DNA of 61,040 nt from a bacterium (GCA_018699495.1 JABIQV010000134.1:1-61040); one strand, 5' to 3'. Shown: positions 1 to 10,347, counted from the first letter of the stretch. Program-made: numbers and translations. The notes: a model not told the origin generated them from the sequence alone.

Positions 1-105
1 CTATGGGATTACTCCCCCCTCCTGTTAGGAGGCATCCTACCCTATGGAGCCCGGACTTTCCTCTAGCTATTACTAACTAGCGATTGCTTTGTGGACTTTC
101 ATAGT
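1..105 (-). ncRNA. rnpB: RNase P RNA (bacterial type A), 5' portion only; the gene continues past the left edge of the window
   Basis: The minus strand of 46..63 reads GAGGAAAGUCCGGGCUCC (universal P4 core). It continues AUAGGGUAGGAUGCCUCCUAACAGGAGGGGGGAGUAAUCCCAUAG, colinear with E. coli M1 RNA GAGGAAAGUCCGGGCUCCAUAGGGCAGGGUGCCAGGUAACGCCUGGGGGGGAAACCCACG. A P3-like hairpin CUAGUUA-GUAA-UAGCUAG lies at 63..80. The 5' end (~100-108) is only estimated. Confidence 0.85.
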
Positions 106-1059
106 CAAGTTTATTGTGGATGAACATGTTGAACAAGTGTTTAATTTTTAATCTTGGACCTATCAGGAAATAAAAGACCTGACCTTTGCTGTTTCCCATA
201 CGTTTAAAATAAAAAATAAATGGACAAAGTTGTGTTCAAATAAAGTTGAAATCTGCTCATATGACAAACAAAAAATATAAATATATCGATGCGTTTTTAA
301 TAAACTATGGTTATTAGACGCCGTTTTCAATGTTCATCGCCGGAATCAGTTGACCTCTAACACCCGATCCCAGTACAAAATAAACGATTAATTCATAACA
401 CCAATTTATATTGAGAGAGATTGATCAACCAAACCCATGTCTACATTTGTGACGTTATCCCACCTTAATAAAAAATATTAAAGCCTCTGCTATTCAATAA
501 AATCCTCCGACAATGCACGGTATTATCAAAATAAAATAAATTTTGATAGTTCGTTTACCCGGTCTACAGATCAATTGTCATGAATTATTTTAGTTAAAGA
601 AGGACTACCCTGCAGAGTTTCTGAACGTTTTTTAATTTTTAGACTCCATATATTTTCTAGCGTCTAAAAATTTGGAACTAGTCTCCAAGTCTTCCCAGCA
701 TTAATGTCTATCAGGAGTAAGGAAATCTCCACCTATTCCCTTGGTATGTGTACTATCTCTCGGTGCTCTGTATCACAACTTCTTCTGCCCTTAGCCAATA
801 ACCAACCAAAATTTCTGACGATAAAGATTTTTTCATTTTAACCGAGCATAAAATCGTTCGATGACTACTAATAATTGTGTTATGTAAACCACATTTGTTT
901 AGTTTTTTGGAACTATCATTTCTATCAGCCCCCGACCACTAACCTTAATTAATTTTCAGCCGAATACGATTATCCGACTGAAATAAAACCAATTAAAAGA
1001 CCACTAGAAACTGTCAACAACAACCAGAATCTGTTTAAATTCAGACCCTTCCGAACCTA

Positions 1060-3540
1060 CTAGTCAGATACAGGGGGCTCTTCCTCATCGTTTGCAACAA
1101 CTTTTGCCATAGACATTACAGTATCTTTATCATCAAGCTTAATAACCCTAACGCCTTGAGATTCTCGTCTCTGAACAGAAATTTTAGCTACCGCTTGACG
1201 ACATAGCGTTCCCTTTTGGCTGACAAACATAACTTCGTCTTCTAAGTTAACAACAGCTGAGTCAACAACAGAATCTAATTTTATTGTCTTCCTAAATCGA
1301 AGAGACATAACTCCAATTCCGCCTCTGTTTTGACGCTTAAATTCATCAACTTTAAGATTTTTTCCATATCCTTTTTTTGTAATCAACGAAAGGAGCTGCT
1401 TTGCGTCTTTTTCAACAGTACTCATGTTAACAAGTGTATCATTTTCTTTAATCTTAATACCTCTTACACCTCGTGCTGTTCGGCCCATACTTCGAATTTG
1501 ATCTTCGTCAAACCGAATAACCATTCCAGCAGAAGTTACAAGTAATATATCCCGTTCCCCATCTGTACGTCGTACCCATTTCAAATGGTCTCCATCATCT
1601 AAGGTCAACGCCGCGATAGATCTATTTTTAAAGTGAATAAACGCTCTAATGTCTACTTTTTTAATAACACCTTTTAATGTTGTCATAACCAAATATTCAT
1701 CGGTATCAAATGTAGAAATTGGTATCACAGTTGTAAGAATTTCCTTGTCATCAAATTCAAGAAAATGGGCCAATGAGACACCTTTACTCTGACGAGTTGC
1801 TTCTGGAAGCGTGAACGTTTTCAGTTTAAAAACACGTCCCCTGCTTGTAAAACAAAGTAGATAATCATGATTTCTTGTAACAATTAATTGATCAATAATA
1901 TCCTCAGATCGAGTCGTCATACTATTGATTCCACGACCTCCTCTTAACTGCATCTTGAACATTGATATTTGAACTCGTTTAACAAATCCTTTTTTAGAAA
2001 TTAAAACGGCTACTTGTTCATCAGGAATTAAATCCTCTAATTCCATGCTTTTTACAGGTTCGCCGATTTCAGTTCGTCTTTCATCTCCAAAGCGCTCTTT
2101 AATATCAGCATGTTCAGATTTAATAATTGACAATACTCTTGAATCGTTAGCCAAAATATCTTCCAAATCCGCAATTTTTTTAACTAACTCAGCAAATTCG
2201 TTCTCGATCTTCCCTTGCTCTAACCCTGTTAATCGTTGTAACTTCATGTCCAAAATTGCCTGAGACTGCTTCTCAGATAATGAAAAAGAAGTCATTAATC
2301 CTTGCTTTGCCACACTTGGACTATCCGACTCTTTTATTAACTTAATAACGGCATCTATATTGTGAAGTGCAATTCGCAATCCTTCTAAGATATGTTGTCG
2401 TGCATTTGCATTATTTAAATCATATTGAGTCCGGCGAACAACAACTTCTTTTCTATGCTCAAGGTAATGAGTAAGAATCTTTTTTAACGTCAATACTCTA
2501 GGCACTCCCTTTACAAGAGCAACCATATTAACGCCAAATGTATTTTGTAACTGAGTATGTTTATACAATTGATTTAAAACAACTTCAGGAATTGCATCTC
2601 GCTTAAGCTCAATGTAGATTCTCATTCCTTTTCTATCCGATTCATCTCTTAAGTCCGTGATATCCGTAATTTTCTTTTCTTGAACAAGCTCTGCAATCTT
2701 AATTATTAAGTTAGATTTATTCACCTGATAAGGTAATTCATGAACAATAATTGCTTGTTTGCCTTTTTTCTTAGAGTCTTCAAAACTTGTTTTAGCACGA
2801 ATAAGAATGCTTCCACGGCCTGTTCGATAGGCCTTATCAATTCCTTCTCGTCCACAAATTAAACCCGCAGTCGGGAAATCAGGCCCTTTTATATGAGTCA
2901 TCAATTCGTCGACTTCAATTTCTGGGTTATCAATATAAGCTGTCAACCCATCCATAATTTCATTCAAATTATGCGGAGGAATATTTGTTGCCATACCAAC
3001 TGCGATTCCAGAAGATCCATTTAGTAGTAAATTTGGTAATCGAGTTGGAAGAACCGTTGGCTCCTGTAAAGACGAGTCAAAGTTATCAACAAAATCTACG
3101 GTATCTTTTTCTATATCATCCAAGATACGCATACTAATTCGAGTCATTTTCGCTTCGGTATATCTCATCGCAGCTGCGTTATCTCCATCAACAGACCCAA
3201 AGTTCCCTTGTCCGTCTACTAAACAGTATCTAAGCGAGAAATCCTGCGCCATTCTTACCAAAGAATCATATACAGCTGTATCACCATGAGGGTGATACCT
3301 ACCTAAAACATCTCCAACAATACGTGCACATTTTTTATATGGCTTTCCAGACGTAAACCCAGCATTATACATAGAATAAAGTATTCGACGATGCACAGGC
3401 TTTAAACCATCTCTAACATCAGGTAGCGCTCTACCAACAATTACAGACATCGCATATTCAATGTAAGACGACTTCATTTCATCGTCGATAGTTATCGTAT
3501 TTATGGATTTATCTTCAAAAAGTTCTTTTTGTTCTGTCAT
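1060..3540 (-). CDS. gyrA: DNA gyrase subunit A
   Basis: 826 aa. Active-site Tyr motif [12 protein letters not shown] block [17 protein letters not shown], and C-terminal beta-pinwheel repeats. Starts 9 nt after the gyrB stop. Confidence 0.97.
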   Translation of the reverse strand: MTEQKELFEDKSINTITIDDEMKSSYIEYAMSVIVGRALPDVRDGLKPVHRRILYSMYNAGFTSGKPYKKCARIVGDVLGRYHPHGDTAVYDSLVRMAQDFSLRYCLVDGQGNFGSVDGDNAAAMRYTEAKMTRISMRILDDIEKDTVDFVDNFDSSLQEPTVLPTRLPNLLLNGSSGIAVGMATNIPPHNLNEIMDGLTAYIDNPEIEVDELMTHIKGPDFPTAGLICGREGIDKAYRTGRGSILIRAKTSFEDSKKKGKQAIIVHELPYQVNKSNLIIKIAELVQEKKITDITDLRDESDRKGMRIYIELKRDAIPEVVLNQLYKHTQLQNTFGVNMVALVKGVPRVLTLKKILTHYLEHRKEVVVRRTQYDLNNANARQHILEGLRIALHNIDAVIKLIKESDSPSVAKQGLMTSFSLSEKQSQAILDMKLQRLTGLEQGKIENEFAELVKKIADLEDILANDSRVLSIIKSEHADIKERFGDERRTEIGEPVKSMELEDLIPDEQVAVLISKKGFVKRVQISMFKMQLRGGRGINSMTTRSEDIIDQLIVTRNHDYLLCFTSRGRVFKLKTFTLPEATRQSKGVSLAHFLEFDDKEILTTVIPISTFDTDEYLVMTTLKGVIKKVDIRAFIHFKNRSIAALTLDDGDHLKWVRRTDGERDILLVTSAGMVIRFDEDQIRSMGRTARGVRGIKIKENDTLVNMSTVEKDAKQLLSLITKKGYGKNLKVDEFKRQNRGGIGVMSLRFRKTIKLDSVVDSAVVNLEDEVMFVSQKGTLCRQAVAKISVQRRESQGVRVIKLDDKDTVMSMAKVVANDEEEPPVSD

Positions 3541-3549
3541 AGTATTCTC

Positions 3550-5508
3550 CTAAATATCAATCCAACGAACAGTTTTAGCATATTTCTCTATAAACTCTCG
3601 TCTTGGCTCGACTTTATTTCCCATTAATAATGTAAATATCTCGTCTGCAGCTTCGCCATCCTCCATGGTAATTCGAAGCATCGTTCGCCGCTCTGGATCC
3701 AATGTCGTATTCCACAATTGGTCTGGATTCATTTCCCCAAGACCTTTGTACCGTTGAATACTTGTTTTTTCTTTCCCAATTTCTGCCAGTGTTTCCTCTA
3801 AGGCAGCTTCATTATATAAGTACTTTTTGAAACTACCATTTTTAACTAAAAAGAGCGGTGGTTGAGCAATATAAAGAGCGCCTGCTTGAATCATTTCACG
3901 AGCGTATCTAAAAAAGAATGTTAATAACAATGTTCGTATATGAGCACCATCGACATCAGCATCCGTCATGATGACAACTTTGTGATACCTCAGCTTCTTC
4001 AAAATTTCCATAGGGTCTCTATTTTCATCATCATCATCTAAATCTCTTCCAGATAAACCCTTGATAACTTCTGGGCCTATCGCCGTGATTAGATTTCTGA
4101 TTTCTTCATTTGCTAAAATCTTATCGATTCTAGCTTTCTCTACATTTAAAACTTTACCTCTTAACGGAAGAATTGCTTGAAAGTTTCTATCTCGTCCTTG
4201 TTTTGCAGACCCCCCAGCAGAATCACCCTCAACTAAATAAATCTCACAATTAGCAGGGTCAGAGTCCGAACAATCTGCTAACTTACCCGGCAACGTTGTG
4301 CTTTCTAAACTCGTTTTTCGTCTGGCCAAATCTTGAGCGTTTCTTGTTGCCTCTCTTACCCGTTGAGCAATTAAGGCTTTATTAATAATAAGTTTAGCAA
4401 CACCAGGATTCGTTTCTACAAAATCAGTCAATCCTTCATCCGTTAATGAATCTACAATCCCTTTCATTTCTGAGTTGCCCAATTTTGTCTTAGTTTGTCC
4501 TTCAAATTGAGGATTTGGCAATTTAACACTTACCACTGCTGACAACCCTTCTCTTAAATCTGCTCCAGAAAAATTAGATGCTTTGTCTTTTAATAAGTCG
4601 TATTTTCGAGCGAAGTTATTAATGACACGTGTCAAAGCGGTTCGAAAACCAGCCAGATGCGTACCGCCTTCTTTCGTACGAATATTATTAGCAAAACTAA
4701 TAACATGTTCATCATAATGGTCCGAAACATATTGAAGAGATACTTCAATCTGATAACTATCTCTTTCTTTCTTCAAATAAATAGGAGGTCTAAAAAGAGT
4801 CGCTTTGCCCTCGTTAATTGATTCTACATAAGATCTGATACCACCTTCAAACTGGTAGGTTTTCTGTACATCAACTTCGTATCTCGTATCTTCAAAGTGA
4901 ATAATAATACCTGGATTTAAAAAAGCCAGTTCTTTCAATCGGTGATCAATAACTTCAGACGTAAATTCTAGCGAGTCAAAAATCTTCACATCTGGCATAA
5001 ATCGTATAACTGTCCCAGACGGCACATCAGAAACGTCTTGATACTCTCCAATTAACTTCTTAGGATCTCCTCTAAAATACTTTTGTTTGTATCTTTTGTC
5101 TCCACGAACAACATCCATTTCTAGCCATTCGGACAAGGCGTTAACAACAGAAATACCTACGCCGTGTAATCCCCCTGAAATTTTATATCCTTCACCTTCA
5201 AATTTACCCCCTGCATGAAGAGTCGTCATAACGACATCTGCTGCTGGAATTCCTTTTTCTTTATGAATATCTATTGGAATGCCTCTACCATTATCTATAA
5301 CGGTAACAATGTTACCCTCTTCAATAGTCACTGTAACTTCAGTACAATGGCCGGCCATCGCCTCATCGATACTATTATCAACAACTTCGAATACTAAATG
5401 ATTTAATCCAGATTTACTTGTATTTCCAATATACATCCCTGGCCGTTTTCGAACAGCCTCAAGTCCTTCTAATACTTTAATCTGCGCGGCATCATATTTT
5501 TGCGTCAT
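3550..5508 (-). CDS. gyrB: DNA gyrase subunit B
   Basis: 652 aa. GHKL ATPase motifs (EVVDNSIDEA, GGLHGVGISVVNALS), Toprim EGDSAGGSAKQGRDR and PLRGKVLNVEKA. SD AGGAGAAAAAT precedes the ATG. Confidence 0.97.
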   Translation of the reverse strand: MTQKYDAAQIKVLEGLEAVRKRPGMYIGNTSKSGLNHLVFEVVDNSIDEAMAGHCTEVTVTIEEGNIVTVIDNGRGIPIDIHKEKGIPAADVVMTTLHAGGKFEGEGYKISGGLHGVGISVVNALSEWLEMDVVRGDKRYKQKYFRGDPKKLIGEYQDVSDVPSGTVIRFMPDVKIFDSLEFTSEVIDHRLKELAFLNPGIIIHFEDTRYEVDVQKTYQFEGGIRSYVESINEGKATLFRPPIYLKKERDSYQIEVSLQYVSDHYDEHVISFANNIRTKEGGTHLAGFRTALTRVINNFARKYDLLKDKASNFSGADLREGLSAVVSVKLPNPQFEGQTKTKLGNSEMKGIVDSLTDEGLTDFVETNPGVAKLIINKALIAQRVREATRNAQDLARRKTSLESTTLPGKLADCSDSDPANCEIYLVEGDSAGGSAKQGRDRNFQAILPLRGKVLNVEKARIDKILANEEIRNLITAIGPEVIKGLSGRDLDDDDENRDPMEILKKLRYHKVVIMTDADVDGAHIRTLLLTFFFRYAREMIQAGALYIAQPPLFLVKNGSFKKYLYNEAALEETLAEIGKEKTSIQRYKGLGEMNPDQLWNTTLDPERRTMLRITMEDGEAADEIFTLLMGNKVEPRREFIEKYAKTVRWIDI

Positions 5509-5592
5509 ATTTTTCTCCTAATAAATTAACAATTTAAACTTTCTTTTTTACCGAGCACAAATGGTCGAAATGAAGATTCCTAATTAAGCAAT

Positions 5593-5612
5593 ATTATACC
5601 AAAAATTATACC
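5593..5612 (-). promoter_or_regulatory. Candidate gyrBA promoter: two tandem extended -10-like boxes
   Basis: The minus strand reads cGGTATAATttttGGTATAATattg (GGTATAAT twice, 12 nt apart), about 85-100 nt upstream of the gyrB ATG. No clear -35 element. Confidence 0.35.
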
Positions 5613-5827
5613 GTTCCCCCACCTACAAAACGAATAAGTTCCAATTTATCATTATGTACTAATATTGAATTATCAAATTGGGATTGATTTATTAATTCAC
5701 CATTTAGCTCAGCAACAATATTTTTGCGGTTTAAATTCAGGGTTTCAATCAATTTCGCAAGCGAAAAAACATCGTTTGTAAGCGTCGTTTTTTTACCATT
5801 TAATAGAATATCGATTGGCTCCCCCAT
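5606..5827 (-). CDS. thiS: ThiS-family sulfur-carrier protein with a 2-residue extension after the Gly-Gly
   Basis: 73 aa. ILLNGKKTTL...NGELINQSQF...DKLELIRFVGGG is colinear with B. subtilis ThiS (LQLNGKDV...IEIVHFVGGG). It ends GGGTV-stop. Confidence 0.75.
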   Translation of the reverse strand: MGEPIDILLNGKKTTLTNDVFSLAKLIETLNLNRKNIVAELNGELINQSQFDNSILVHNDKLELIRFVGGGTV

Positions 5828-5838
5828 GGCTTTATTGT

Positions 5839-6534
5839 CTATCTCAATACCCTCATGCGGGAAAATGGAAAAAAAGTAAAAAAGGCTTTACCTACGATTT
5901 CACTTCGTTTTATATGAGACCGATTCACCAGAGGATCCTCTGCCCATCGTCTACAATCATTGGAATTACCTCTATTATCTCCTACCATAAAAAACCCATC
6001 CTCTGGCAGCGTATAAGGTCCAAATTCACTATAATCCCTCCTAATATCTACCCCAGGAAACCCAATTATTTCTCCATCAACATATAATCGACCAGACTTC
6101 ACTTCTACAGTTTCTCCTGGCAATGCCACACATCGTTTCACCCACTCCGTTTTTTCGCCTTTTCTAGGAGATTTAAATACAACAATTTCTCCACGAGTAG
6201 GCTCCCTGAAGTCGTAAATAATCTTATTCACTAACAACCAATCACTTGGCATCTTTTCGAACGGGGCTGTCACTATTTTATCGATCGTATTTATATAGGG
6301 CACCATCTGTCTAGATAGAGGAGGGTTTAAAGTAGGGATCATTGATCCGGTCGGTATTTTAGATGTTTGAACAAAAAAGGTTTTTATAAATAAAGCCATA
6401 AACAAAGCGGTCAACAATGTCTCACCCAAATCTAACCCGCTAAAAAGCAACCTTCTTTTTGACTCGGTACTATTTTTTAGAGTCTGTTTATAGTCGTCCC
6501 ATTTTTTATAAAATTGTTTTAATTTATTTATCAA
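5839..6534 (-). CDS. lepB: Signal peptidase I
   Basis: 231 aa. N-terminal TM helix, Ser box PTGSMIPTL, Lys box WVKRCVALPGE, and GDNRGNSNDCR. Confidence 0.9.
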   Translation of the reverse strand: MINKLKQFYKKWDDYKQTLKNSTESKRRLLFSGLDLGETLLTALFMALFIKTFFVQTSKIPTGSMIPTLNPPLSRQMVPYINTIDKIVTAPFEKMPSDWLLVNKIIYDFREPTRGEIVVFKSPRKGEKTEWVKRCVALPGETVEVKSGRLYVDGEIIGFPGVDIRRDYSEFGPYTLPEDGFFMVGDNRGNSNDCRRWAEDPLVNRSHIKRSEIVGKAFFTFFPFSRMRVLR

Positions 6535-6623
6535 TTATTATTTGCCTTCATTTTTTCTCGAATTTTAGTTTACCCTATTTTTTAACCTGTGTCATAACTC
6601 GTCTATGTAAATATTGCTTCTCC

Positions 6624-7181
6624 TTAAAATCTACTGACGTCTTTCCAACCGACCTTCCAAAAAGGCCACAAAATAAAAGAAACAATTCCATCAATTTCCC
6701 TAAAATAAATATAATTCCTTCCTATAGTTCTATCATATTGAAAATGACGGGAGTCATACGATTTATTTAAATTATCACCAACTACAAAATAAGATGCGGA
6801 TGGAATCGTTTCATAAAGGACATCTTCAATATCGACTCTTCCTCTTTGAAACGAAAGATCGTACATTCTTTTTCCGACTTTAATGTAAGAGTCGGAACGT
6901 TCAATTTTTGTTCCAGGAATGCCTACAATTCTCTTGGTGAACCGTTTATTATCAGAAAACTCACAACGAAACACAATGACATCGCCTATGCTCAGTCTAT
7001 CCTTTGAAAATTTCTTTTTTAGAATGACAATATATTTTGATAAAAATGACGGCGCCATGGATTGGCCAACTACCACCGACACTTTATACGTTTGATTTAA
7101 AAAAGGCACTAATTTGAACGCACAAATAGCGCATATGATCACTATTATAAGTTGAATTTTCGATCGAACTCTTTTTAACAA
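6624..7181 (-). CDS. lepB: Signal peptidase I, second shorter paralog
   Basis: 185 aa. TM helix, GQSMAPSF, FTKRIVGIPG and GDNLNKSYDSRHF. Confidence 0.85.
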   Translation of the reverse strand: MLKRVRSKIQLIIVIICAICAFKLVPFLNQTYKVSVVVGQSMAPSFLSKYIVILKKKFSKDRLSIGDVIVFRCEFSDNKRFTKRIVGIPGTKIERSDSYIKVGKRMYDLSFQRGRVDIEDVLYETIPSASYFVVGDNLNKSYDSRHFQYDRTIGRNYIYFREIDGIVSFILWPFWKVGWKDVSRF

Positions 7182-7220
7182 ACCTTTACCTCTTATTCTT
7201 TACCTAGGTACTATAAGCAA

Positions 7221-8900
7221 ATGCGTTCAAAAGTTTTCGCTTTTTTTGACTATATTTCCGGATTAACGTGTCTACTCATCACATTTTTAGTCGTACTTGA
7301 TATCGCCTTCAATTTTGGCCAAAAAAGTCACATCTTTATTACTATTATAGATGGTATCTTCTTCTATTTCATTTTTGAAACATTAATTCGCTTCATTATT
7401 CATCGATCGTTCAAAAAATTCATTTCACGGCCAACAGATCTCATCGTATTTTTACCACTGATTACAGACTATATTCCCACTATTCAATTTTTTCCAAAGT
7501 CATTTATCGCACAACTTGCACTACTTATTATATTTTTAGGAAGATTTTCACATATCTCCCTCGTCTTTTCAAAAATAAGATTATCCCCAATGCAAATGGT
7601 GTTGCTGGGATTTATTTATCCTATATTAATTGGGGGACTTATTTTAAGCATGCCTATTTCTTCTAATTCAGTCGGTCATGTTTCTTTTATTGATGCACTT
7701 TTTACGGCGACTTCCGCCATGTGCGTGACGGGCCTGACAACCCTTGATATTTCACAAACGTATACTTTATTTGGTCAAACGATAATACTTGGACTTATCC
7801 AGTTTGGGGGACTAGGCATCATGGCCTTTTCACTAATCTTCGCTCTTGCTGTTCACAAAAAGTTCTCTCAAAAAGAATCTCATAATTTCCAATCTATATT
7901 TAATTCAAGTAATTTTGACGAATCCGTTCAGATTTTTAAATTATTATTTAAATTTACTTTAATTTTTGAAGCATTAGGTGCAATCCTTCTTTACTTTGCG
8001 TGGCCCGTTTCTTTCGACAGCCATGGCTCGCGTATTTATTATTCGATTTTTCATTCCATATCAGCATTTTGTAACGCGGGATTTTCTCTATTTACAGACA
8101 GTTTCACCTCATTTTCTACGAACGTTCCAATTATCCTTACTCTTGCGATATTAATTATTTTTGGAGGTCTAGGATTCCCTGTTTTATACGACATTCTTCA
8201 CCCTCGATTTAACACGTTCAAATTCAAACATCTTAGACTTCAAACAAAATTAGCGTTGGTTGTATCCGGAAGCCTCATAATTTTTGGAACGCTATTTATA
8301 TTGATTTCAGAATACAATTCCGCATTAATCGCCTACAATATTTTTGATAAGACTCTGGTCTCTTTTTTCTTGAGCGTATCAAGTCGAACAGCTGGTTTTA
8401 ACTCGATCGCGACGGCTTCTTTGCAACAGTCCACATTGCTTATTTTAATTGTATTAATGTTCGTCGGGGCCTCACCTGGATCTACTGGAGGCGGATTAAA
8501 GTCAACTACTTTTGGAATTCTTATTGTGACATTTTGGAATCAAATGACCGGAAATCCAAAAAATCATTTATTTGGCAGAAAAATATCTACCAAAAACAGT
8601 CTCCGATCAGTCACAATTTTAGTTTTATCATGTTCTGTTATCATTTTCTTTTCATTTCTATTATTAGAATCAGAGAATATAACCTTTGTTCAGGGACTAT
8701 TTGAAACTGTGTCCGCGTTTGCTACGGTTGGTCTTTCACTCGATGTTACGCAAAACCTATCTTTTGGAGGCAAATTAACGGTAATATTACTTATGTTTAT
8801 TGGAAGAGTAGGTCCTCTGACATTTGCATTTGCTCTTACTAATAAAAAAACGCAAATTGAGCGTTTTGATTATCCAGAAGAAAACATACTTACTGCATAA
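7221..8900 (+). CDS. trkH: TrkH/KtrB-family K+ transporter membrane subunit with a ~115-aa N-terminal 4-TM extension
   Basis: 559 aa. Repeated M-P-M pore motifs (CVTGLTTLD, NAGFSL, GASPGSTGGGLKSTTF, ATVGLSL). The core of ~440 aa matches usual KtrB/TrkH size; residues 1-~120 are extra. Confidence 0.88.
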   Translation: MRSKVFAFFDYISGLTCLLITFLVVLDIAFNFGQKSHIFITIIDGIFFYFIFETLIRFIIHRSFKKFISRPTDLIVFLPLITDYIPTIQFFPKSFIAQLALLIIFLGRFSHISLVFSKIRLSPMQMVLLGFIYPILIGGLILSMPISSNSVGHVSFIDALFTATSAMCVTGLTTLDISQTYTLFGQTIILGLIQFGGLGIMAFSLIFALAVHKKFSQKESHNFQSIFNSSNFDESVQIFKLLFKFTLIFEALGAILLYFAWPVSFDSHGSRIYYSIFHSISAFCNAGFSLFTDSFTSFSTNVPIILTLAILIIFGGLGFPVLYDILHPRFNTFKFKHLRLQTKLALVVSGSLIIFGTLFILISEYNSALIAYNIFDKTLVSFFLSVSSRTAGFNSIATASLQQSTLLILIVLMFVGASPGSTGGGLKSTTFGILIVTFWNQMTGNPKNHLFGRKISTKNSLRSVTILVLSCSVIIFFSFLLLESENITFVQGLFETVSAFATVGLSLDVTQNLSFGGKLTVILLMFIGRVGPLTFAFALTNKKTQIERFDYPEENILTA

Positions 8901-8911
8901 AAGGAAATGAT

Positions 8912-9607
8912 ATGGAAAATATAGCGGTGATCGGACTTGGTCAATTTGGAACTCAAATCGCAATTAGCTTAACTCAAAAAGGATTTGAAGTTACAGCTAT
9001 CGATAAAAGTAAAGATGTGATCATGAACATCAAGGACATGGTTTCAGACTCAGTCATTGTGGACTCAACAGACGAAAAAGATATGCGTGCCATTAATATC
9101 GACTCCGTTGATAAAGTTATTGTGGCCATGGGATCCAATGTTCAAGCAAGTCTTCTTACAACAGCTCTTTTACAACGAATGGAAATTAAAAAAATATATG
9201 TGAGAGCCATTAATCCTTTACAAGAATCCATTCTAAAATCAATGAGTATCGATTACATAATTAACATTGAAAAAGAAATGGGAATCCAATTTTCAAATTC
9301 AATCTCTACCAAAAATATTAATAAATATATTGAAATTTCAGATAGACATTCCATTGTTGATACAGTTGTCCCCGAATTTTTAATAGGAAAATCGTTAAAA
9401 AACCTTCATTTGAGATCTCAATATGGGATAAATGTTGTCGGAATTAAAACTAGGGTCCCTGAAGTTGATGACACAGGAGAAATTCGTTACTCTGTTAAAA
9501 TGATGGACATTCCTGATCCTACCTACCCATTAAGAAAAAACGACTTACTTGTCATGTTTGGTACAGACGAAAAATTAAACGCTTTTCTAGCTAAAGATGC
9601 CCTATGA
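8912..9607 (+). CDS. trkA: TrkA/KtrA RCK-domain K+ uptake regulatory subunit
   Basis: 231 aa. Rossmann motif IAVIGLGQFG (RCK_N) followed by an RCK_C-like half. Starts 11 nt after trkH. Confidence 0.88.
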   Translation: MENIAVIGLGQFGTQIAISLTQKGFEVTAIDKSKDVIMNIKDMVSDSVIVDSTDEKDMRAINIDSVDKVIVAMGSNVQASLLTTALLQRMEIKKIYVRAINPLQESILKSMSIDYIINIEKEMGIQFSNSISTKNINKYIEISDRHSIVDTVVPEFLIGKSLKNLHLRSQYGINVVGIKTRVPEVDDTGEIRYSVKMMDIPDPTYPLRKNDLLVMFGTDEKLNAFLAKDAL

Positions 9608-10347
9608 TTAAAAAAATGCTTCACCTTAGTTTTTTGACAAAACTCATTATCTTATTTTTTATCTGCATGATTGGGATAGGCACTTCTTCTTACATATTTC
9701 TTAATCAACTTATAAGCGATTTTAATTTCAACCCCGCGTTGATCGTTAAATTAGAAAAAACATTCTTAGGCATATTAGCTGGAAGTGGGGTTTCGTGTTC
9801 GATAATTTTATTGATTATATACGTAGACAATAAATGGTTTACCAAATCGATTAATAATATGATAGCTGACTCTCTTAAGGAACGAAACCTACTAACCCCT
9901 TGTGCGGATCTTTCAAAAGGTAAAACACCGCAAGATATACTTACAAACACATCCCAACTGCTTCAGCTCTATTTAACATTTAGTCAAATTAAAACCGGAA
10001 ATCTTTCATTATGGATTCATACAAATAAAGCCATTCTTAACCAAGTATCTGATGGGATCATTATCATTAACAATGATAAAGTTGTCACCCATATCAACCA
10101 CATTAGCGAACAAATCTTGGGTTTGCTTCCTTCTGAAATATTAGGCCAACTCATTTCTAGAAAAATAAGTAATCCAGAATTTCTAAAAATAGTGTCCAAT
10201 ACGATAACTGAGGATGTCAAAACGATCGATAACCCCATCGAATTAAAAGATAGAAAACGTGTCAAACTTAGTGTAATTCCTGTCAAAAACAATCAAGAGT
10301 TACTTCAACGTACTCTTATTATTCTAAAAGAATCCGAAAAATCGTGA
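9604..10347 (+). CDS. Membrane-anchored PAS-domain protein without an output domain
   Basis: 247 aa. Two N-terminal TM helices, then a PAS-like block ILNQVSDGIIIINNDKVVTHINHISEQILGLLPSEILGQLIS. The start overlaps the trkA stop (ATGA). Confidence 0.6.
   Translation: MIKKMLHLSFLTKLIILFFICMIGIGTSSYIFLNQLISDFNFNPALIVKLEKTFLGILAGSGVSCSIILLIIYVDNKWFTKSINNMIADSLKERNLLTPCADLSKGKTPQDILTNTSQLLQLYLTFSQIKTGNLSLWIHTNKAILNQVSDGIIIINNDKVVTHINHISEQILGLLPSEILGQLISRKISNPEFLKIVSNTITEDVKTIDNPIELKDRKRVKLSVIPVKNNQELLQRTLIILKESEKS

Noticed and set aside
155-200. AGGTCAGGTC on the minus strand, reminiscent of the SRP (4.5S) RNA domain IV
   Set aside because: The GGAA tetraloop and the flanking GCAGC/symmetric-loop partners are missing or in the wrong order. 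The match is only a 10-mer.
1330-5397. Plus-strand ORFs inside gyrA/gyrB (1330..1545, 2045..2263, 5215..5397)
   Set aside because: They are antisense to unambiguous gyrase coding sequence, with low-complexity translations.
5815-6770. Plus-strand ORFs 5815..6087 and 6459..6770 overlapping the lepB genes
   Set aside because: They are antisense to signal peptidase genes that have clear catalytic motifs. No independent support.
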